Assembly (NCBI GenBank): GCA_964429195.1
Contig: CAYSBC010000004.1
Span: forward strand, 1-55,512
Source of the DNA: an uncultured Eubacteriales bacterium
GTDB taxonomy: Bacteria > Bacillota > Clostridia > Peptostreptococcales > JAAYPU01
Length of the DNA stretch: 55,512 nucleotides
Direction of reading: 5' to 3'
Under the pieces are notes generated by a model. It was not told the origin of the DNA. It did not search any database and saw nothing but the letters and a program-made list of their open reading frames with translations. The first letter of the stretch is position 1. The number at the start of each line of letters is the position of its first letter. Positions 49,575-55,512 of the stretch are shown here, piece after piece. Made by a program: the position numbers and the translations under genes.

Positions 49575-50393
49575 TTAATATTCAAAAACCTTGCCTACTC
49601 CTACCTCTTTGACAGGGATTGCTTTACCTATTGCAATCTTGGAGGATAAATCTGTACAGTGGCATGGATGAATGCTTTCTAGCCCCAAGGACGCTAAATA
49701 TTCTACCGTCTTATCTATAATTGCCTTTTCCGGCCCCAGAAGATGAAAGCCACCAATGATGTCGATTATTTTACTTTCGCCTGTCACCTTTTTGGCCTGC
49801 TCACAGGTATTGCAAATTCCGGCGTGAGAACATCCGGCCACCACAACAATACCTTCTGCTGTTTTATAGGCTAAAGCCGTATCCTCCAGAAGAGAATCTT
49901 GTCTGTTCCCTAGGCTGGCAGCTGTGACCTTCTCAAAATCATTTTTTCTTTCTATTTCTCCTAAAAAAAATAAGTTTTCAGTAATATTCATGCCCTGTTT
50001 TGAAAATTGAAGGTCAAAATAATGGCTTAACTCTTCCTCTGACAACATCATTCCAATATTCCCCACAGGTGTGATTTTAGGAATCATTGCATCCGGATGC
50101 ATAATCATGATAGGCTTCTTGATGACCTTCTTTTTTGCTCTTTTTTCAGTGACATATTTTATATAGTGATAAATGCCATTTGTATGATCATAATGACCAT
50201 GTGAAAGGACCACAAAATCCAAATCTGTTAAATCGATACCCAGTTTCATAGCATTCTCAATATATGCTCCCGAATAACCCATGTCCCACAAGACTCTTTT
50301 TCCGTCCACTTCCAAGAAAAAAGACAAAGCTGATTCTGAAGTCATATAATTCCCTACGATGGCGTTGTTTTCCATCAATACTGTTAATTTCAT
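49575..50393 (-). CDS. MBL-fold metallo-hydrolase
   Basis: LSHGHYDH, GCSHAG, GGFHL, PCHCT. Confidence 0.9.
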   Translation of the reverse strand: MKLTVLMENNAIVGNYMTSESALSFFLEVDGKRVLWDMGYSGAYIENAMKLGIDLTDLDFVVLSHGHYDHTNGIYHYIKYVTEKRAKKKVIKKPIMIMHPDAMIPKITPVGNIGMMLSEEELSHYFDLQFSKQGMNITENLFFLGEIERKNDFEKVTAASLGNRQDSLLEDTALAYKTAEGIVVVAGCSHAGICNTCEQAKKVTGESKIIDIIGGFHLLGPEKAIIDKTVEYLASLGLESIHPCHCTDLSSKIAIGKAIPVKEVGVGKVFEY

Positions 50394-50414
50394 CTTATTT
50401 CACCTCTTCTTTCA

Positions 50415-51353
50415 TTATTCCTCACCCTTATCATAAGGCTGTCCGCTTGCAGCCGGTCCAACAGCTTTTCCGCCTACAACGATTAAAATAATAATAGTAG
50501 ATATATAGGGTAACATCCTCATAAATTCAGTGGGAACCGGTATGCCAAGCATATTGCCCTGTATGGAAATAGCCTCTGTTAAGCCAAAGAATAAACACGC
50601 AAAGGCAGCGCCAACAGGATGCCATTTTCCAAATACCAGTGCAGCCAGTGCAATAAATCCTCTTCCTGAAACCATATGTTCTCGGAACAATGCCGTATAA
50701 CCCACTGTAAGGGTAGCCCCACCGATTCCGGCCAAGCATCCTGATATGAGAACACAGATATATCTGATTTTGTAAACATGAATGCCCACTGTATCCGCGG
50801 CCTTAGGATGCTCTCCTACCGCTCTGAGCCTTAAGCCAAAAGGCGTCTTAAACATAACATAGTAAGCTATAATAACGACAAGCCAAGCCAGATACACAAA
50901 GGGTGTTAAATCGGCAAACAAATGCTCACCTAAAAAGGGGATTCTTTCTAAAAATCGAAGACTTTCCGGGTTTCTTGTCAATGTATGCCTTACAGCATCT
51001 GTTTGACCAAATCGTTTATAGACTATCTGCAATACATAGGATGTTAAGCCTACTGCTAAGAGGTTAATGGCTGTACCCATGACGACCTGATTCCCTTTTA
51101 AATGAATAGCGACAATGGCTAATAACAAAGCTGCTATCCCACCGGTTATCATAGCGGCTAACACGCCTACCCAAGGATTTCCTGTTATATCTGTAAACAA
51201 AATTGAAAAGAATGCACCAATAACCATCATACCTTCAAGGGCTATATTAACAACTCCCGATCTTTCCGAGAAAGCTCCTCCTACTGCTGCAAAAATCAAT
51301 GGTGTTGCAAGCCTAAGAGCTGAAGCAACTATGGCTACAATGATAATCTCCAT
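50415..51353 (-). CDS. nucleoside/sugar ABC permease (NupC-like)
   Basis: SERSGVVNIALEG, TPFGLRLRAVGE, GRGFIALA. Confidence 0.92.
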   Translation of the reverse strand: MEIIIVAIVASALRLATPLIFAAVGGAFSERSGVVNIALEGMMVIGAFFSILFTDITGNPWVGVLAAMITGGIAALLLAIVAIHLKGNQVVMGTAINLLAVGLTSYVLQIVYKRFGQTDAVRHTLTRNPESLRFLERIPFLGEHLFADLTPFVYLAWLVVIIAYYVMFKTPFGLRLRAVGEHPKAADTVGIHVYKIRYICVLISGCLAGIGGATLTVGYTALFREHMVSGRGFIALAALVFGKWHPVGAAFACLFFGLTEAISIQGNMLGIPVPTEFMRMLPYISTIIILIVVGGKAVGPAASGQPYDKGEE

Positions 51354-52490
51354 CTACTCCACCTGCCTTTTTTCCACGGATAAGAGTTCTTGCTTTTTCA
51401 TGTTTCGCTTCTCTCTAAAATCATAGATAATTTTGATGATATATTGGCTGGCTATAAAAACGATAATAATGCCTTGTATGATGGTTATAACCTCCTTGGG
51501 TATACCCGCCAATTGCATCCTTCGAGCACCGTTGGACAATATTCCAAAAAGGAATGAACTGGCTATGATACCGATTGGATGTAATCCCCCAACCAATCCT
51601 ACCGCTATACCCTCAAAACCATACCCCGGAGTAGCCGGTGATTGTGCGACATAGTAAGTGATACCCATGACATTGATCGCCCCGGCAATTCCTGCAATAG
51701 CGCCGGATAAGGCCATAGCAGTCAAAATATTTCTAGCCTTAGGAATACCGCCATATTCAGCAGCATCAGGGTTTAAACCACCACTTCTAAGCTCATAACC
51801 CAAAGTGGTTTTAAATAATACAAAGTACATGATGATTGCAATGCCTACAGCAATCAATATGCCCGTATGGGCACTTGATCGACCAAATATAGGAAAAATA
51901 TCTTTAAATTTAGTTAACCTTGCAACTAGTGGCAGAGCTACTGTGTGCGCTTCAGCTTTTGTTCCGCTTAATACGGATGGATTCAATACCGCTCTTACGA
52001 TATAGTTCACGAGATACAAAGCTGTATAATTCAACATAATCGAAGTAATAACTTCATGTATGCCTATCTTTGCTTTTAAAACACCTGCTATCGATGCCCA
52101 TAGTCCTCCTGCCAAAAAAGCCCCAAGAATCATAAGGATTATGAGCGGCAAATGAGGTAATCCTTGTCCGAACCATCCAATGGCAACAGCAGTGATTGCG
52201 CCCATTAAGAATTGACCTTCTCCACCAATGTTAAATAAACCTGTTCGAAAGGCGATTGAGAAGGATAATCCTGTAAGCAATATGGGTGTCATTTTAAAGA
52301 ATGTTTCACCTAATTTATCCATCCCCCCAAGACTTCCTTGAAAGAGAGCGAGATAGGCTACTCCTGGATCCTTTCCGGCTAATAGAATCAAAAATGCTCC
52401 AATAATAAATCCTACTATGATTGCTAACAATGGAAACCTCAAGGCACCCCAAAGATTCAACAGATTACTCTTCAACCTATTCGTTTTCAT
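51354..52490 (-). CDS. nucleoside/sugar ABC permease (NupB-like)
   Basis: GLFNIGGEGQ, HEVITSIMLNY, GFEGIAV. Confidence 0.92.
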   Translation of the reverse strand: MKTNRLKSNLLNLWGALRFPLLAIIVGFIIGAFLILLAGKDPGVAYLALFQGSLGGMDKLGETFFKMTPILLTGLSFSIAFRTGLFNIGGEGQFLMGAITAVAIGWFGQGLPHLPLIILMILGAFLAGGLWASIAGVLKAKIGIHEVITSIMLNYTALYLVNYIVRAVLNPSVLSGTKAEAHTVALPLVARLTKFKDIFPIFGRSSAHTGILIAVGIAIIMYFVLFKTTLGYELRSGGLNPDAAEYGGIPKARNILTAMALSGAIAGIAGAINVMGITYYVAQSPATPGYGFEGIAVGLVGGLHPIGIIASSFLFGILSNGARRMQLAGIPKEVITIIQGIIIVFIASQYIIKIIYDFREKRNMKKQELLSVEKRQVE

Positions 52491-54036
52491 CTTCTCTCAC
52501 CTCTTCATCTCTGTTTGCCTGATTATTTGTCCCCCCAGCCATCAAGAATCCCAATCTCTTCTCTGTGGCTTCCTTTGCATCCAGAATCTCTACTATTTTT
52601 CCATCGTAGATAACCGCTATTCTATCCGCCAAATCCAATACTTCATCCAATTCAAGAGATACGAGTAAAACAGCTTGTCCTTTGTCTCGAGACTCTATTA
52701 TTTTATTATGAACAAATTCAATAGCCCCTACGTCTAAACCCCGCGTAGGTTGGGCTGCAACAAGAAGCCTTGGGTCTTTATAAAATTCTCTGGCTACAAT
52801 AACCTTTTGTTGATTCCCACCCGACAAGGACTCTGCTGTTACATTTTCATCCGGTGTACGGATATCATATTCCTCAATGAGAGTCTTCGCATGTTCATGT
52901 ATTTTCTGATAATTCATAATTCCGTTTTTGCTGAAAGGTTCCTTATAATGATAACCTAGTATCATATTTTCAGCCAAATCATGGGGAAGTACTAAGCCTC
53001 TTTTTTGTCTGTCCTCAGGTATATGGGCAACACCGCAATTGATTATTTCTTTTGCAGAAGCATGGGTAATATCCTTTCCACTAATGGTCAATTGACCACT
53101 TTCTACCTTTCTCAATCCGGTAATCGCTTCTACAAGTTCTTTTTGACCATTCCCATCAACACCGGCAATAGCTAAGACTTCTGAAGCATGTACATTAAAT
53201 GTTGCATCCTTTACTGCATCAAGGTGTCTGTTATCCTTGACCTTTAAATTTTTTACACTTAAGATAATTTCGCCCGGTTCAATTTCTTTTTTTTCCGTAT
53301 GAAAGCTTACCTTTCTCCCTACCATCATTTCTGCTAATTCTTCTGTGGTCGTATCCTTAGTGTCAATGACATTGATTATTTTTCCTCTTCTTATGACTGT
53401 TACTCTGTCGCTCATCGCCATTATTTCTTTAAGCTTGTGGGTAATAAGTATAATAGATTTACCTTCATTCGCTAAATTCCTTATAATCTTGCCCAATTCT
53501 TCTATCTCTTGAGGTGTAAGAACAGCTGTTGGTTCATCCAAAATCAGAATATCTGCTCCTCTGTAAAGTGCTTTTAATATTTCCACCCTTTGTTGTAAAC
53601 CGACTGAAATATCCCGAACCTTTACCGAAAGTTCTACTTCTAATCCAAAGGCCTCAGAGATCTTTTTTACCTCTTCTGTGGCTTTCTTCATATCCAGCTG
53701 AAAACCATTGTATTTTGTAATTTCATTACCTAATATAATATTTTCTGCTATGGTAAAAGGTGGTACCAACATAAAGTGCTGATGCACCATACCTATCCCA
53801 TGTTGAATAGCTACGTTGGGATCCTTGACATGGACTTGTTTACCCTTAATATAGATATCCCCTGAAGTGGGCTGATATAATCCATAGAGCATATTCATCA
53901 GAGTGGTTTTCCCTGCACCGTTTTCTCCTAAGAGTACATGTATTTCACCCTTTTTTAAAGAAAAATTGACATTATCATTAGCTAAAACTCCAGGAAACTG
54001 TTTTGTAATATTTTTCATTTCTACTACGCAAGACAT
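52477..54036 (-). CDS. nucleoside/sugar ABC ATPase (NupA-like, double domain)
   Basis: GENGAGKT, HQHFML, LSGGNQQK, QPTRGLD. Confidence 0.94.
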   Translation of the reverse strand: MSCVVEMKNITKQFPGVLANDNVNFSLKKGEIHVLLGENGAGKTTLMNMLYGLYQPTSGDIYIKGKQVHVKDPNVAIQHGIGMVHQHFMLVPPFTIAENIILGNEITKYNGFQLDMKKATEEVKKISEAFGLEVELSVKVRDISVGLQQRVEILKALYRGADILILDEPTAVLTPQEIEELGKIIRNLANEGKSIILITHKLKEIMAMSDRVTVIRRGKIINVIDTKDTTTEELAEMMVGRKVSFHTEKKEIEPGEIILSVKNLKVKDNRHLDAVKDATFNVHASEVLAIAGVDGNGQKELVEAITGLRKVESGQLTISGKDITHASAKEIINCGVAHIPEDRQKRGLVLPHDLAENMILGYHYKEPFSKNGIMNYQKIHEHAKTLIEEYDIRTPDENVTAESLSGGNQQKVIVAREFYKDPRLLVAAQPTRGLDVGAIEFVHNKIIESRDKGQAVLLVSLELDEVLDLADRIAVIYDGKIVEILDAKEATEKRLGFLMAGGTNNQANRDEEVREDENE

Positions 54037-54101
54037 TCTCTTTTATTTCTCCCCTTCCTAAAGCTGTATCATCAATCGGGTGAGCTGGTATACAATATAT
54101 A

Positions 54102-54135
54102 ATAAAGGTCAGAAGACTCCCATTCTGACCTTTAT
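54102..54135 (-). terminator. hairpin between bmp and the ATPase gene
   Basis: ATAAAGGTCAGAA/TTCTGACCTTTAT. Confidence 0.6.
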
Positions 54136-54171
54136 TTATATTTTGATTTCAAAATTTATTCGATGCTCCTC

Positions 54172-55230
54172 TTATAAAGTAGGAATTTCAAATGCTTCTA
54201 CTTCTTCTCTGGTAGCAGGAACTGTAAATGTACCATCTATGATAGCTGCTTTGTATTTTTCAATTTCAGCCTTAAGCTCTTCTGTTAAATTTTCTCCAGC
54301 ATCTCCAACTCCAATACCGTCATCGCTAAGTCCAAATGTTCTTACTTGGCCTTCAAATGTACCTTCTATAGCAGCTTTGGCTGCATCATATGTAGCAGTA
54401 TCTACCCTTTTCAACATAGAGCATAGTATATTCTCTGCATTTTCAGGAGACGTCAAAGCTTGATCTGCGTCAACTCCTATAGCCCAGAAATCATTTTCTG
54501 TTGCTGCTTGAAGTAATCCAAGACCAACACCGCCTGCTGCGTGGTAAATAACGTCTGCGCCTTGCTTGTATTGAGCCGTAGCTATTTCTTTACCTTTAGC
54601 TACATCGCCGAAGGAATCTGCATATTCTACAAAGATTGTTGCATCCGGATTGGCAGTTTTTACGCCTGCTAAGAATCCGCTTTCAAAAACGATAATGGTT
54701 GGGAATTCCATTCCGCCGATATAACCTACTTTATTGGATTCAGTAGCAAGACCTGCAGCGATACCGACTAAGAATGATCCTTCATTTTCTTTGAATTTTA
54801 ACCCATATATGTTGTCAACATCTTGTTTATCGTCAAAATCCAAGTCCCCGACTCCATCTACAAGAGCAAATTTGATATCAGGGTTTTCCTTAGCAGCTTC
54901 GACTGTAGCAGCCTCCATCATAAAGCCAACACAAACGATTAAAGCAGGGTCTTCTTCCAAGGCTGTTTGAATATTAGGTGCATAATCGTCTTCTGTAGCT
55001 GATTGAAGAATGTTGAGCTTAAACCCATATTCTTCTTTTGCCCTTTCAAGACCTGCCCATGCTAAATCATTAAATGATTTATCACCTAATCCACCGGTGT
55101 CAGTAATCATAGTTACAACCATACCTTCTCCAGGTAACTCAGCTGCTGGGGGTGCTTCTTCAGGTTGACATCCGACAAGAGCAAATACCATAACAATCAT
55201 TAGTGATACCGATAAAATTCTCTTGAACAT
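54172..55230 (-). CDS. BMP family ABC substrate-binding lipoprotein
   Basis: Lipobox LVGC, GGLGDKSFND, YHAAGG.GLG, IGVDADQ, SMLKRVD. Confidence 0.93.
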   Translation of the reverse strand: MFKRILSVSLMIVMVFALVGCQPEEAPPAAELPGEGMVVTMITDTGGLGDKSFNDLAWAGLERAKEEYGFKLNILQSATEDDYAPNIQTALEEDPALIVCVGFMMEAATVEAAKENPDIKFALVDGVGDLDFDDKQDVDNIYGLKFKENEGSFLVGIAAGLATESNKVGYIGGMEFPTIIVFESGFLAGVKTANPDATIFVEYADSFGDVAKGKEIATAQYKQGADVIYHAAGGVGLGLLQAATENDFWAIGVDADQALTSPENAENILCSMLKRVDTATYDAAKAAIEGTFEGQVRTFGLSDDGIGVGDAGENLTEELKAEIEKYKAAIIDGTFTVPATREEVEAFEIPTL

Positions 55231-55306
55231 ACTTTTCTCTCCCTCCAATTGTAAGATTTTGTTTCCAGGTTAAAAAACTTCATAATAGCATTCTGGACTC
55301 TTCTTA

Positions 55307-55334
55307 ATTATACACTTTTTTCATTGAAAATCAA
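55307..55334 (-). promoter_or_regulatory. sigma-A promoter of the bmp operon
   Basis: TTGATT-16-TATAAT. Confidence 0.5.
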
Positions 55335-55370
55335 AATCATTTATGCAAATATTACCACTTCAACAATTTT

Positions 55371-55512
55371 TTATAAAGTATCAAGGATTTGAAGCTTAAC
55401 CTGTCCGAATATATCGACCACTCTTACCGCAATATCCTTCTTATTTTTTTGTTTTACAAGAGCTTCCTTCTCCATTTTCCCCTTAGATTTACTGCTATAC
55501 CAGGTAGGCGTC
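55371..55512 (-). CDS. 3' end of a gene entering from outside the window; resembles C-termini of some DNA methyltransferase-family proteins
   Basis: Open frame TPTWYSSKSKGKMEKEALVKQKNKKDIAVRVVDIFGQVKLQILDTL*. Confidence 0.35.
   Translation of the reverse strand, partial: TPTWYSSKSKGKMEKEALVKQKNKKDIAVRVVDIFGQVKLQILDTL

Noticed and set aside
55231-55306. Purine riboswitch before the bmp/nucleoside ABC operon
   Set aside because: Short leader without the conserved purine aptamer core

Overview
Chromosomal core/housekeeping region of a low-GC, spore-forming Clostridia-type firmicute (taxon inferred from gene content, T-box and sigma-K-type promoters). In order it carries two LysM/GH18 spore hydrolases, a Spo0E-like gene, a Val-specifier T-box ilvC-ilvB operon, rluA, nadK, fabI, pepF, murI, two tandem hypothetical paralogues, an ATP-cone class II (B12) ribonucleotide reductase with NrdR boxes, aconitase-icd, two cupins, a MarR/methyltransferase/peptide-nickel ABC module whose ATPase is internally deleted, a Zur/Znu/COG0523 zinc cluster with a frameshifted GTPase-permease fusion, an MFS remnant, CtsR-controlled dnaJ-clpB, glyA, rseC-trxA, cls, YIEGIA-der-plsY-gpsA and a BMP/nucleoside ABC operon. 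I found no rRNA, tRNA, CRISPR array, transposase or integrase. The least explained DNA is (i) a ~245-bp nested inverted repeat at 42531-42777 whose outer arms read as two divergent micro-ORFs (MANKAVP...) differing mostly at synonymous positions, and (ii) a dispersed two-hairpin REP/MITE-like family (5 copies) that supplies the C-termini and stop codons of two genes. Family assignments come from motif recognition only; no searches were run.
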